This document shows, piece after piece, positions 1-9,660 of a stretch of 60,964 nt of DNA. The position numbers and the translations under genes were made by a program. This stretch comes from an uncultured Ignavibacteriales bacterium. GTDB taxonomy: Bacteria; Zixibacteria; MSB-5A5; GN15; FEB-12. Location of the stretch: assembly GCA_964618515.1 (NCBI GenBank), contig CAZUAS010000002.1, positions 3,451-64,414 of the forward strand. The letters run 5' to 3'. Under the pieces are notes generated by a model, which was not told the origin of the DNA, did no database searches, and worked only from the letters and a program-made list of their open reading frames with translations. Within the stretch, counting starts at the first letter, position 1. Every line of letters begins with the position of its first letter.

Positions 1-16
1 CCAAAGAAAAAATAAT

Positions 17-45
17 AAAAAAAGCCCGCCGACGGCGGGCTTTTT
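17..45 (-). terminator. Rho-independent terminator of bidirectional shape, downstream of the nuclease gene
   Basis: GC stem GCCCGCC-GAC-GGCGGGC at 24-40. It is flanked by an A-run (17-23) and a T-run (41-45), so on the minus strand the hairpin is followed by a T-run. Confidence 0.8.
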
Positions 46-59
46 CATTTAAGGCTATT

Positions 60-1298
60 CTATTCCTCCTCATCATCATCCTTTTTATTATGATGAGGGG
101 TGACGCGTTTATCTTCTTTTACCACCACGTACTTTTTAAAGGTTTCGAGCAATTCCGGGGTTAACCGTTCTTTCTGATATATTTCCTTCATCAGCGCCTT
201 CTCGTCGAGTTTAAAATATTCCTCAAAGCCGATTTTACGCACCAGGCCGCTAAGCTCCGCAAAAGCTTGCGGGTCTTCCGTTTTGGTGATAAATTTCTCC
301 GACCGGCTTATTTTAACGGACACCTCACCCTCCGAACCGGTCAGTTTATTAACCCCCAGATCTCTGGCGTACCGGACCATATCTTCCTTGAGAGCCTCTA
401 TTTCGGCTTTTAATTCCCCCAGCCGGCGGTGCTTGGTAAGGAAAAGGTCCACCCGATGGGCTGCGTTCTCAAAGGTTGATTTTTCTGAATCTTCCGCACC
501 CTCTTCTTCTTCGAGAACCAACAGGTGCCGTTTGGCCGGGCATAATTTATAATATTCGCAATAGTTACATAAACCACTTTCCCGGGTGGGAAAATTATCA
601 AGTTGCTCCGCTTTTATGGTTTCTACTATAGTGACTCGAATCTGTTCTTTCAACTCATCAAGCTCATCTGCGCGTAAACGTCGCCGTAACTGTTCATCGA
701 ACTTAAGATAATACTGAACCAGTTCAATATCTTCCCAGTGAGGGAATTTAGCCTGCACCGCCAGCTGGTAAAGACCCATCTGCTGGTAAAAAGACCGGTC
801 ATTGACGCCTTCCTGAGGCATTCGGCCGGTCTTGTAATCACAAATTTCAATCACATTATCATTACGCTTCCACAGGCGGTCAATTTTTGCCTTTATATCA
901 AAGGGGGTGTTTTCAAGCCTGAACCGCACGTTCATTTCCGTACCGATGGTTTTCCCGAGGTCAAACGGTTTGTACTTGTCATAATATGCTTCCAGCATTT
1001 TCCGGCCTTCTTCGATATAATCATCCACCGTTTGATACTCATTGACCACGGTGATGAATTTCCGGTCGGGTTTTTCCCATTCCGCCCGGTAAAAACGGAT
1101 AATCTCTTCAAGTGGTATTACAGCTTCGCCCAGGGGAGTGCTGTAAAGCACATCCAGAGCCCGGTGTACCGCATTACCCATATAGGTATCCGCAGTTATA
1201 CTTTTGGGGATTTCGGGCTTCTCAAAGTACTCGAACTTGAATTTTCTGGGACAGGTCTGAAAGGTTCCCAGAGCACTGTAACTGTAACTGCTCAACAT
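60..1298 (-). CDS. PD-(D/E)XK (RecB/Cas4-like) nuclease with four Cys in Cas4/AddB Fe-S spacing and a charged C-terminal tail
   Basis: 412-aa ORF. Nuclease motifs IDRLW...EICDYKTG (D..ExK-like) and QQMGLYQLA (QxxxY). Cys16 plus CNYCEYYKLC (C-x2-C-x5-C). The last ~150 aa are Lys/Glu-rich and end in DDDEEE. Confidence 0.7.
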   Translation of the reverse strand: MLSSYSYSALGTFQTCPRKFKFEYFEKPEIPKSITADTYMGNAVHRALDVLYSTPLGEAVIPLEEIIRFYRAEWEKPDRKFITVVNEYQTVDDYIEEGRKMLEAYYDKYKPFDLGKTIGTEMNVRFRLENTPFDIKAKIDRLWKRNDNVIEICDYKTGRMPQEGVNDRSFYQQMGLYQLAVQAKFPHWEDIELVQYYLKFDEQLRRRLRADELDELKEQIRVTIVETIKAEQLDNFPTRESGLCNYCEYYKLCPAKRHLLVLEEEEGAEDSEKSTFENAAHRVDLFLTKHRRLGELKAEIEALKEDMVRYARDLGVNKLTGSEGEVSVKISRSEKFITKTEDPQAFAELSGLVRKIGFEEYFKLDEKALMKEIYQKERLTPELLETFKKYVVVKEDKRVTPHHNKKDDDEEE

Positions 1299-1385
1299 GC
1301 TTAAAAAATAAGATTATGAAACCGGTAAGGCAATCACAAATATCAGCAAGTAATTACATTTTCGGGAAATAAAAGGTTAAAAAAA

Positions 1386-2519
1386 TCAGGCAACTACCAG
1401 TGAATTATAAAGTTCCGTCAGACTATTCCGGTAACTTTGCCAGTCGAATCTGGCAGCGTTATGGCCGGCGGTTTTTGATAATTTCTCAACCAGAGCACTA
1501 TTCTCAATAAGTTCAATTATTCGGTCAGCAAGTGCCACCGGGTCATTAATGGACACCACCAGGGCATCCCGACAGTCAGTAACCATCTCTGGAATACCGC
1601 CGGCGTCAGTGGTGACTATCGGCAGACCCGAAGCCATCGCCTCGACCAGTGACAGGGGGAAATCGTCAAGAGTCGAAGAATTTAAAAACAAGTCGGCTGT
1701 GTCATAAAGAGCCGGGATGTCCTCAGCCTTCACCCGGCCCGTAAAAGTAACCCCGCTGATTCTTTCGTCCTTTACCAGGTCATGCAACGCTGCTTCCAGC
1801 GAACCCTGGCCGGCTATTATCATTTCCGCCCGGGGATATTTTTGTTTTACCAGCTTGAAGGCTTTTAAAGCGCAGGGGATATTATTTTTAAGCTCTAAAG
1901 AACGGTTGACCAGTATCTTCGGCTGCAATGAAGACCGCAGTTTGAATCTAAAACGTCGGGTATCGATCGCCCGGGGAAGTATTTCAACTCGGTATCCGTA
2001 ACGGGCAAAAATGGTCGACGTATACTTCGAAGGAACAATAATCCGGTCAGCTTGAGAAATAATCGGTCGGCAGAGTTTCGCCCATTTATCCAGAAAAATC
2101 TCCGTATCCGAAGAAACATAACTGAGCACTATTTTACGGCCAAAAAACCGTGCCATAATTATTAGCGGCAGAACCTCTTTAAGAAAATTATCAAAAGAAC
2201 TTATATATAGATGAATTATATCATTACCCGGGATAGTTCTCAGAAGCCATTTTAAGAATTTCCCGTACCCCTCAGCCAGGTATCCGCGAGTTTCCAGAAT
2301 ATCAACCGTCTGATTATCCTCTTTTAACCGGTTATAAAGAAAATCCACCGCCGCGGTCTTATTGCCGTAAGTTCGACCGCTCGATAAAAAAAGCATAACC
2401 CGAGGTGTTTTAATTTTTTCGGCTTCCCTCACCCGGAGGGAACCAACCGCTACACTTTCACTATAAGCCTGCATATCCAGCATTCGGTCAAGAGTTAAGA
2501 TTCTACCCCCGACAAACAC
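1386..2519 (-). CDS. Glycosyltransferase, GT4/GT-B family
   Basis: 377-aa ORF. The C-terminal signature FLNSSTLDDFPLSLVEAMASGLPIVTTDAGGIPEMV is typical of GT4 enzymes. The true start may be an internal Met. Confidence 0.8.
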   Translation of the reverse strand: MFVGGRILTLDRMLDMQAYSESVAVGSLRVREAEKIKTPRVMLFLSSGRTYGNKTAAVDFLYNRLKEDNQTVDILETRGYLAEGYGKFLKWLLRTIPGNDIIHLYISSFDNFLKEVLPLIIMARFFGRKIVLSYVSSDTEIFLDKWAKLCRPIISQADRIIVPSKYTSTIFARYGYRVEILPRAIDTRRFRFKLRSSLQPKILVNRSLELKNNIPCALKAFKLVKQKYPRAEMIIAGQGSLEAALHDLVKDERISGVTFTGRVKAEDIPALYDTADLFLNSSTLDDFPLSLVEAMASGLPIVTTDAGGIPEMVTDCRDALVVSINDPVALADRIIELIENSALVEKLSKTAGHNAARFDWQSYRNSLTELYNSLVVA

Positions 2520-2578
2520 TTATGATATTTTACAAGCCAACTGGTATCTTGAATGAAATTTTTTTCAAAAAACAGCAT

Positions 2579-2608
2579 AAAAAAACAGCCTTGTTAGGGA
2601 CTGTTTTT
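2579..2608 (-). terminator. Probable intrinsic terminator after cysK (imperfect hairpin)
   Basis: ACAGCC...GGGACTGT imperfect stem flanked by A7 (2579-2585) and T5 (2604-2608). It lies just downstream of the cysK stop on the minus strand. Confidence 0.5.
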
Positions 2609-2623
2609 GAAAAAAAAGGATAT

Positions 2624-3556
2624 TTATTCAATTTCTTTATAACAGGGGGTAGAAAGGTACCGCTCCCCGGTATCACAGATTACCGTTACAATCATTTTCT
2701 CCTTGTTTTCTATTCTAGCGGCTTCTTTTAAAGCTATGGCGATATTGGCTCCCGATGATATACCCACCAGAATTCCCTCCTTACGAACCACCATCCGGGT
2801 GGTCTGAATCGCCTCCCGGCTTGTTACCGTAAGGATTTCATCGACTACCTCAAGGTCGAGTATATCCGGCTTGAAACCGGCTCCTATCCCCTGAATCGGG
2901 TGAGTACCTTTGATACCCCGGGTAAGAAACGGGGAATCCTCCGGCTCTACAGCGATAATTTTTATATCCGGTTTTTGTTCCTTGAGATATCTGCCGACAC
3001 CGCTAATGGTTCCGCCGGTACCCACTCCCGCGATAAAAATATCCACCCGGCCTTCGGTATCTTTCCATATTTCAGGCCCGGTAGTATAATAATGCACCGC
3101 CGGGTTGGCCGGATTTTGAAACTGCATGGGCATAAACCCACCCGGCGTTTCAGCCAGGATTCGTTCCGCTCGTTCAATCGCTCCGGCCATACCTTCCACT
3201 CCGGGGGTCAGAACGAGGTCGGCCCCTAAAGCCTTCAACAGATTGCGCCGTTCTTCGGACATGGTTTCCGGCATGGTCAGGATTATTTTATAGCCGCGAG
3301 ATGCCGCCACGAAAGCCAGGGCAATGCCGGTATTACCCGAAGTCGGCTCGATAATGGTTGCACCCGCCTTCAGCTTACCGGCCTTTTCCGCATCTTTTAT
3401 CATCGCCAGACCGATACGGTCTTTTACCGATGAACAGGGATTGAAGGATTCCAGCTTGCAGACCACTCGACCGGGCAGACCGGCGGCCAGTTTTGATAAC
3501 TCCACCAGAGGGGTTTTTCCCACCAACTCGGTAATATCTTTATATATTCCACTCAT
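2624..3556 (-). CDS. cysK: Cysteine synthase A (O-acetylserine sulfhydrylase)
   Basis: 310 aa, full length. PLP-Lys motif LESFNPCSSVKDRIG, then TSGNTGIALA and GVGTGGTISG loops. Confidence 0.9.
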   Translation of the reverse strand: MSGIYKDITELVGKTPLVELSKLAAGLPGRVVCKLESFNPCSSVKDRIGLAMIKDAEKAGKLKAGATIIEPTSGNTGIALAFVAASRGYKIILTMPETMSEERRNLLKALGADLVLTPGVEGMAGAIERAERILAETPGGFMPMQFQNPANPAVHYYTTGPEIWKDTEGRVDIFIAGVGTGGTISGVGRYLKEQKPDIKIIAVEPEDSPFLTRGIKGTHPIQGIGAGFKPDILDLEVVDEILTVTSREAIQTTRMVVRKEGILVGISSGANIAIALKEAARIENKEKMIVTVICDTGERYLSTPCYKEIE

Positions 3557-3796
3557 AATATCTCCTGGAAGTTATTTTATGAAACAACATTATACCAATG
3601 ATACGTTTTAAAATGGAGATGGAACAACAAGAAACTGCTGTAATTGCAGGATTAAAATACCATACAATTATCAACTTAAATAGTTTACTTAGTCACTAAA
3701 AATTTTATATTACTCCTAAAAATACGGATATTTTAACGTATTATGTTAAGTCATTGAAAGCATGAAAAGTATAAGCTTCTAAAACAGGAAAGACCG

Positions 3797-4885
3797 ATGA
3801 ATAACAATAAACCGGTTGTCGCGGTAATCAAAACCGACCCCGAAAATGTTCTGGCTGATTACTTCAAAGCGGCGGAACTTGCCGGCCTTCAAAACGCTCT
3901 TAAACCTGATACCACCACCATCCTGAAAGATAATATTTCCTGGCACCTGCCCTTTCCCGGCGCTAATACCGTCCCCTGGCAACTCGAAGGCGCCATAAAA
4001 GCTCTTAAGGGGAATGGTTTCAACGACCTGGTGGCGGTGCACAATGATACCGTGGTGACTAATCCCTACGTGGGCGGAAAACTTTTAAAACTCAAACCGG
4101 TCTATGAAAAATATCATATCCCCGAACGGTTCAACAATGACCCCAAAGATTTGAAATGGATTGAATATGCGCCAAAAGCCGAGATGCTGGTGTTGAAAAA
4201 AATCTATCATGAAGGAATAAGAATTCCCGAGTTTTTCCTCGGTAAAAATATTGTCCACCTGCCGACGGTCAAAACCCATATTTACACCACCACCACTGGG
4301 GCCATGAAAAACGCTTTCGGTGGTCTACTCAACACCAAACGCCATTATACCCATTCGGTGATTCATCAAACCCTGGTCGATTTACTCCATATCCAGAAAG
4401 AAATCCATCCGGGCATCTTCGCCTTCATGGACGGCACGACCTGCGGTTCCGGTCCGGGACCGCGCACGATGACGCCTCATGTCAAAAACTACCTTCTCGC
4501 TTCCGCCGACCAGGTAGCAATCGACGCCGTCGCCGCCAAAATGATGGGTTTCGACCCGATGAAGATCGAATACATCCGACTGGGTCACGAACACGGCCTG
4601 GGAAAAGGAAGGCTCGAAGAAATCGAGGTAAAGGGCGCCGATATTTCCGAAATCAATTTCAATTTCCAGGTCGGCGATAACCTGGCTTCGACAGTCGGTG
4701 ATATTTTCTGGTTCTCTCCCCTGAAGGTCATGCAGAAAATTTTATTCCATACCCCCCTGGTCTATATTTTCGTACTCGGCTCGGCAGTATATCATGACCG
4801 TCTGTGGTATCCTTCCAAAGGCCGCAAGGTCTTTAATGAATGGCTGGAAAAAACCGAATGGGGAGAGCTCTTCAGTAAGTACTAA
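3797..4885 (+). CDS. DUF362 domain-containing protein
   Basis: 362-aa ORF. The motif HLPTVKTHIYTTTTGAMKNAFGGLL matches my recollection of DUF362. The C-terminal segment is hydrophobic. Its stop overlaps the convergent neighbour by 4 nt. Confidence 0.65.
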   Translation: MNNNKPVVAVIKTDPENVLADYFKAAELAGLQNALKPDTTTILKDNISWHLPFPGANTVPWQLEGAIKALKGNGFNDLVAVHNDTVVTNPYVGGKLLKLKPVYEKYHIPERFNNDPKDLKWIEYAPKAEMLVLKKIYHEGIRIPEFFLGKNIVHLPTVKTHIYTTTTGAMKNAFGGLLNTKRHYTHSVIHQTLVDLLHIQKEIHPGIFAFMDGTTCGSGPGPRTMTPHVKNYLLASADQVAIDAVAAKMMGFDPMKIEYIRLGHEHGLGKGRLEEIEVKGADISEINFNFQVGDNLASTVGDIFWFSPLKVMQKILFHTPLVYIFVLGSAVYHDRLWYPSKGRKVFNEWLEKTEWGELFSKY

Positions 4886-6924
4886 AAGACCTTTTTCTGC
4901 GATAATTTGCGGAGCAGTTCTTTTTCACTTTCTTCTTTAGCCAGCTTCTGAAGTTTAAGGTAGATACGCAAGGCTTCCTCTACCCTGCCCAGCTGAATCA
5001 AAGCTACGCACCTGTTATAATTTATCAGGAAATTATCCGGTTCCAGCGTAAAAGCATGGTCCAATAATGACAGACATTGCACATGGTCGTTGTTTTTACT
5101 TTTAAATGTCGCGTAATTCATAACAATTTTCATATTGGTGCTATCAAGACTGAGAGCCTGCTGAAACAAACGCTCGGTCATTTCCTTATCGTCACCGGCG
5201 GAATATAATATAGCGGCATTCATCACCGCCTCCGCCTTTTGAGGAAAATGCCTGACCAATAAATCCGCCACCATCTTTTTGTTTTCGAGGGTCCCGAAAT
5301 CGATGCTGTATTTTACCATTAAAAGATGCGTGTTTAAATTCATACTGTCGGCTTTCAATGAATAGAAAGCATAGTTAAGTGCCTGGTCATACCGGCGCTC
5401 ATCATAATACATCTGGCTTATCTTGCCCAGGATATAAGAGGAGTCAACGTTGTTCGGAGCCACCTTCAGCACTTCCCAGGCAAGGTCAAAACGACGGTCT
5501 TTCAGTTCCGGTCGTTTGTTATAATAGTTCAAAAGATGTGCCAAATTCGAAAAAACGGGTTTAAAGCGCGTAATCTCCGCGATTTCCCTGAAACGGTCCG
5601 CCGATTTTACCGGCGAGCTGTTGATTATCGCAAAACTGAATGTCGTCACGAAAGCCATAGCTATTACCGGCCAGATAAAAACGCTCATAGTCTTTTTACA
5701 TCGCTCCGCGTAAATCACTACCACCGTACTCAGGGCAAAAAAAGCAGGCAGAGAAAAAATATCCCAGTCTCGGGGTCCCCCCAGCTGGGGGGTGTAGAAG
5801 AACATAAAGACAAGGGCGGATAATCCAATCCAGCCGAATATGAATATCTTCAGACGACTTGTACTCTCGAGAGTGCTTTTTATCTTCAAAAGAGGATAGA
5901 TTAAAAAAAGTAATGCCGGGGCGGCCAGATACAGCCAGTTGAGAATATTAAAGAAATGATTCAGCGTCAGAAGCCCCTGACCGTCTTTTACCGCCGGTAC
6001 CAGGGGCAGAAGCGACTTTTGAAAAATCTCCACCCCGCTATAACTGAGGATATATCCCATTACAATTGCCAGCGAGAGCATCACCGCCGGGTAAACCAAG
6101 AATCTCTTATTAAATGCTTTGTTTTCCCTGCGAAACAAAAACAAAAGCAACACCGCCCCCAACGACAGGATAAAAGCCGGCACCACATGCACCAGCGCCA
6201 GCAGGACATATAAAGCCAGAAAACCGACGATGCTTGTTTTTTTGTCGATAACTTTAAGAGCGGCCAGAATAACATACGGCATTACGGCCGCGGCGATTGA
6301 ATAACTCTCCACATAGCCGAAAAAAAGAACGGTAACACCGGAAGATATAAATATTAAGAAATAAATCAGTCCTTTCTCCTCGTCGAGGTAAAACGCCAGC
6401 CGCCTCAGACCATCGATGAAGAAAAGCCCGCTGACAATACTGACCACCCGGTAACATGCCACCGCCGACAACGCCAGTGGCGAAAACACGTACTGATACA
6501 ACAGAGCATGAACTAAAAAATCGAGTAATTCGAAAGGAAGCCACATCTCCCCTTTGCCAATCTGGTTTTGACGAAGAGTACCGTCGCCAAGAAGCGTCGT
6601 CTCTGAGGAAAAATAGTAGAACAAAAAAAGATAAATTAAAGACACTATAACCTGAAAAAATATTCCGTAACTTTTTTGTGTGCTTATTTTTTTTGATAAA
6701 GCCAGACTAATCTTGGTCAGACGCAGAGATATTATCGGAAGGAATATGACGGCCACGGCAAATAGAAAAAGCCAACGGACAGATAATGGGAAAAACTTAA
6801 GAAAATTGAAACCCCAGAAATATTCAAAGTCTCCCAGGCTGGCGATTATAAAGAGAGAGAACAATATTAGAGCCGGGATGAGATAATAAACCTCGTAAAC
6901 TTTCTTTTCCCCTGACTTACTCAT
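4882..6924 (-). CDS. Polytopic membrane protein with C-terminal TPR repeats (possible glycosyl/O-antigen-type transferase scaffold)
   Basis: 680 aa. The N-terminal ~440 aa contain more than 10 hydrophobic helices. The C-terminal ~230 aa contain TPR-like helical repeats (YDQALNYAFYSL, AEAVMNAAILYSAGDD, EEALRIYLKLQKLA). Confidence 0.6.
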   Translation of the reverse strand: MSKSGEKKVYEVYYLIPALILFSLFIIASLGDFEYFWGFNFLKFFPLSVRWLFLFAVAVIFLPIISLRLTKISLALSKKISTQKSYGIFFQVIVSLIYLFLFYYFSSETTLLGDGTLRQNQIGKGEMWLPFELLDFLVHALLYQYVFSPLALSAVACYRVVSIVSGLFFIDGLRRLAFYLDEEKGLIYFLIFISSGVTVLFFGYVESYSIAAAVMPYVILAALKVIDKKTSIVGFLALYVLLALVHVVPAFILSLGAVLLLFLFRRENKAFNKRFLVYPAVMLSLAIVMGYILSYSGVEIFQKSLLPLVPAVKDGQGLLTLNHFFNILNWLYLAAPALLFLIYPLLKIKSTLESTSRLKIFIFGWIGLSALVFMFFYTPQLGGPRDWDIFSLPAFFALSTVVVIYAERCKKTMSVFIWPVIAMAFVTTFSFAIINSSPVKSADRFREIAEITRFKPVFSNLAHLLNYYNKRPELKDRRFDLAWEVLKVAPNNVDSSYILGKISQMYYDERRYDQALNYAFYSLKADSMNLNTHLLMVKYSIDFGTLENKKMVADLLVRHFPQKAEAVMNAAILYSAGDDKEMTERLFQQALSLDSTNMKIVMNYATFKSKNNDHVQCLSLLDHAFTLEPDNFLINYNRCVALIQLGRVEEALRIYLKLQKLAKEESEKELLRKLSQKKVF

Positions 6925-6976
6925 CCGTCACGGCACAATCAAAGATTGAGTGAAACCATACACAGGTCTGAAAATT

Positions 6977-7019
6977 AAAAAAAATCCCCGGATAGAACTC
7001 ACAGGTTTCTAACCGGGGA
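6977..7019 (-). terminator. Intrinsic terminator after pdxS
   Basis: 7-bp stem TCCCCGG (6985-6991) / CCGGGGA (7013-7019). On the minus strand the hairpin is followed by T8 (complement of A-run 6977-6984). Confidence 0.7.
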
Positions 7020-7029
7020 AAACGCTTTT

Positions 7030-7914
7030 TTATCGAGTTTGAAGTTTCTCTTCTTCGGGGATGGTTTCGGCCTGGATACCTTTCATGGCTTCTCCCAGAG
7101 CATGCGAATTCTCGGCGATAATAGCATAATCCTGATAATGGGTAGTGGCGTTTACAATCGCCCTAGCTCTCTTTTCGGGATTGGCCGATTTGAAAATACC
7201 CGAACCTACAAAAACAGCCTCCGCGCCCAGATGCATACACAGGGCGGCATCGGCCGGAGTGGCAATTCCCCCGGCGGCAAAATTGGGAACCGGGAGTTTT
7301 CCTTTTTCAGCCACCACCCGGACAAGGTCGATTGAAACCTGGTATTCTTTGGCCAGACCATAGTGCTCCTCCGGACTCATAACCGTCAGCGCCTTCATGA
7401 CCGAAGTTATCTCCCGCAGATGTTTCACCGCCTGGGAAACATCACCCGTACCGGCCTCACCCTTGGTACGAATCATAGCCGCCCCCTCAGAGATACGCCT
7501 TAAAGCTTCACCCAGGTTGCGACAACCGCAGACAAATGGCACTTTGAAAGACCACTTGTCGATATGATACTTATTATCAGCCGGGGTAAGAACTTCAGAT
7601 TCATCGATAAAATCGACTTCCATTGCTTCCAGAACCCGGGCTTCGATAAAATGGCCGATGCGACATTTAGCCATAACTGGGATGGTTACCGAACGTTTGA
7701 TTTTCTCGATAACATCAAGGTCAGCCATGCGAGCCACCCCGCCTTCGGCGCGGATATCCGAGGGAACTCTTTCCAGAGCCATCACGGCGGCGGCTCCGGC
7801 CTGTTCGGCAATTTGGGCCTGTTCCGCCGAGGTGACATCCATTATCACCCCGCCTTTAAGCATTTCCGCCAGCCCGACTTTAACCTTATAATCTTTATCC
7901 TCATAGTACTTCAC
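7030..7914 (-). CDS. pdxS: Pyridoxal 5'-phosphate synthase lyase subunit PdxS
   Basis: 294 aa. Near-canonical PdxS sequence ([44 protein letters not shown]). No pdxT lies adjacent. Confidence 0.95.
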   Translation of the reverse strand: MKYYEDKDYKVKVGLAEMLKGGVIMDVTSAEQAQIAEQAGAAAVMALERVPSDIRAEGGVARMADLDVIEKIKRSVTIPVMAKCRIGHFIEARVLEAMEVDFIDESEVLTPADNKYHIDKWSFKVPFVCGCRNLGEALRRISEGAAMIRTKGEAGTGDVSQAVKHLREITSVMKALTVMSPEEHYGLAKEYQVSIDLVRVVAEKGKLPVPNFAAGGIATPADAALCMHLGAEAVFVGSGIFKSANPEKRARAIVNATTHYQDYAIIAENSHALGEAMKGIQAETIPEEEKLQTR

Positions 7915-8213
7915 TTTACACCTCGGTTTTGATCGTCAGATTTCCCGCCCCGGACTTCTTCATACACCGAAACGTTAACCCTAGCCTAAAAGCGGAAAAT
8001 CATTATATATTAAATTTCACCAGACTTACTTTTTATAAGCCTGTAATAATAATATAATACAATCCCGCTAAATAGCACAACCCCCAAAGTAGCCCCTGGT
8101 TAATTTAAAGTCAAAAGATGTAAAAGGCAGAAAATTAGCAGGTATTAAAAAATACAAGTAACTGTGTTAAATGAACTTTACCCGCTGATTTGAAATAATC
8201 TGCCCGGAGAAGG

Positions 8214-8624
8214 TTACTTCTTGCCGGCTTTATACTTGTTGAAACTATGCTTGGCCAGAGCTTGTTTTATTTTTTTCTCCTGTCCCAGCCAGAATTCCCG
8301 AAATTGACAGGTTTCATACGACTCACATCCGCAGTTCGGCCCCTCTGTACAAAGATTAATATGCAAAGGTCCTTCAATCGCTTCGATAACGTTCAGAAAA
8401 GAAATGTCGCGCGGATTCTTGGATAACCGATAACCACCGGTAACCCCCTGATAGGATACCAGCACCCCATTGCGAGTCAAGTCCTTGAGAATTTTGGCTA
8501 AAAACTCCCGAGGTATCGCTTCTGCCTGGGCGATGGTATTAATGGAGCCGAGTTTTCCCTTGGGCAGTGACGACAGATATCGTACGGCTCTGAGAGCATA
8601 ATCGGCCTTTCTGGATAATTGCAT
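8214..8624 (-). CDS. Rrf2-family transcriptional regulator with candidate Fe-S ligands
   Basis: 136 aa. N-terminal wHTH MQLSRKADYALRAVRYL. Cys cluster CTEGPNCGCESYETC (C-x5-C-x-C-x5-C). Confidence 0.9.
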   Translation of the reverse strand: MQLSRKADYALRAVRYLSSLPKGKLGSINTIAQAEAIPREFLAKILKDLTRNGVLVSYQGVTGGYRLSKNPRDISFLNVIEAIEGPLHINLCTEGPNCGCESYETCQFREFWLGQEKKIKQALAKHSFNKYKAGKK

Positions 8625-8655
8625 ACAGCACCCCTGTTAAAGATAATTGTTTAAA

Positions 8656-8673
8656 ATAGAAATGTATTTCTAT
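8656..8673. promoter_or_regulatory. Candidate Rrf2 operator (perfect 8-bp inverted repeat)
   Basis: ATAGAAAT-GT-ATTTCTAT sits 32 bp upstream of the Rrf2 start codon. It lies in the 283-bp AT-rich divergent region shared with the pseudopilin operon. Confidence 0.45.
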
Positions 8674-8907
8674 ATTTCCACTTTTTATATACGGCTAAAT
8701 AATAAAAAATGATTGCCTTTGTCTATATTTTTTTAGTGCTCTGTCTTTCATTGTGAACATTTAAAAAAAGATTACCTACTCTTAGTTGTTAAACCCTATA
8801 TCCTTTCAAAAGTTCCCATTTAATCCACATTAAAAATTAACATAAAAACCACCTGTAAACAGCCGATAATTAAAGAAAAACGGCTTAAAATTGCTTCAGA
8901 GTAAAAA

Positions 8908-9657
8908 ATGTCCAAAAACAGACAACACGGCGGTTATACTTTAATAGAAATCGTAGTGGTTATTGTTATTATCGGGATTCTCAGTTCGCTTACCCTTAAG
9001 TCCCTGCGCACCACCAGTGAAATAGCCCGGATAGAGGAAACTCGCAAGGAACTGGACCGCCTGACCTGGTCCATAATCGGCCAACCGGATATAAATAATT
9101 CCGGCTCCCGCAGTAATTATGGTTATCTGGGCGATATCGGAGCTTTACCGCCTAATCTTGAGGCGCTGTTTCAAAATCCGGGTGGATTGGCCACCTGGCG
9201 AGGTCCGTATATCCGCGATGATTTTTATTCCGACAGCACCAGCCGTAATTTTAAAAAGGATGCCTGGGGTGTTAATTATATTTATTCCGGCGGTCTTACC
9301 CTGTCTTCTACTGGCGGGGGAACACCACTTACCCGTCAAATCGCACCCTCGCTTGACGACCTCCTTTACAACAAAGTAGTCGTGGTAGTTACCGATTTAA
9401 ACAATACTCCCCCCGGAACGGTTTTCAAAGATTCCGTAAGATTCGTTCTGCGATGCCCCGACGGCCATGGTTCCTACAGGTTCTTAAATCGCCACCCCGA
9501 TTTCAACGGCCTGGCGGTATTTGATTCCATCCCTATCGGTTTGCATGAACTGAGGTTGGTTTATCAGCCGGATAAGGATACTCTTCTCCGCCAAATAAAT
9601 GTCGATATCGGATCGGATTTGTACCTTGAGATGAATCTTTTTAAAGACGTCTGGTAA
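8908..9657 (+). CDS. GspG-like pseudopilin (prepilin N-terminus) fused to a beta-sandwich-like module, short form
   Basis: 249 aa. Class III signal GG|YTLIEIVVVIVIIGIL. GspG-like core YGYLGDIGALPPNLEALFQNPGGLATWRGPY...DAWG. Second module VRFVLRCPDG...FDSIPIGLHELRLVYQPDKDTL (CarboxypepD_reg-like). Ends in DVW. Confidence 0.75.
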   Translation: MSKNRQHGGYTLIEIVVVIVIIGILSSLTLKSLRTTSEIARIEETRKELDRLTWSIIGQPDINNSGSRSNYGYLGDIGALPPNLEALFQNPGGLATWRGPYIRDDFYSDSTSRNFKKDAWGVNYIYSGGLTLSSTGGGTPLTRQIAPSLDDLLYNKVVVVVTDLNNTPPGTVFKDSVRFVLRCPDGHGSYRFLNRHPDFNGLAVFDSIPIGLHELRLVYQPDKDTLLRQINVDIGSDLYLEMNLFKDVW

Positions 9658-9660
9658 AAT

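Noticed and set aside
8882-8894. Sigma-54-like GGCTTAAAATTGC just upstream of the first pseudopilin gene
   Set aside because: The GG-to-GC spacing is one nucleotide too short (11 instead of 12). The -12 element would lie only ~14 nt from the ATG, which leaves no room for a 5'-UTR and SD.
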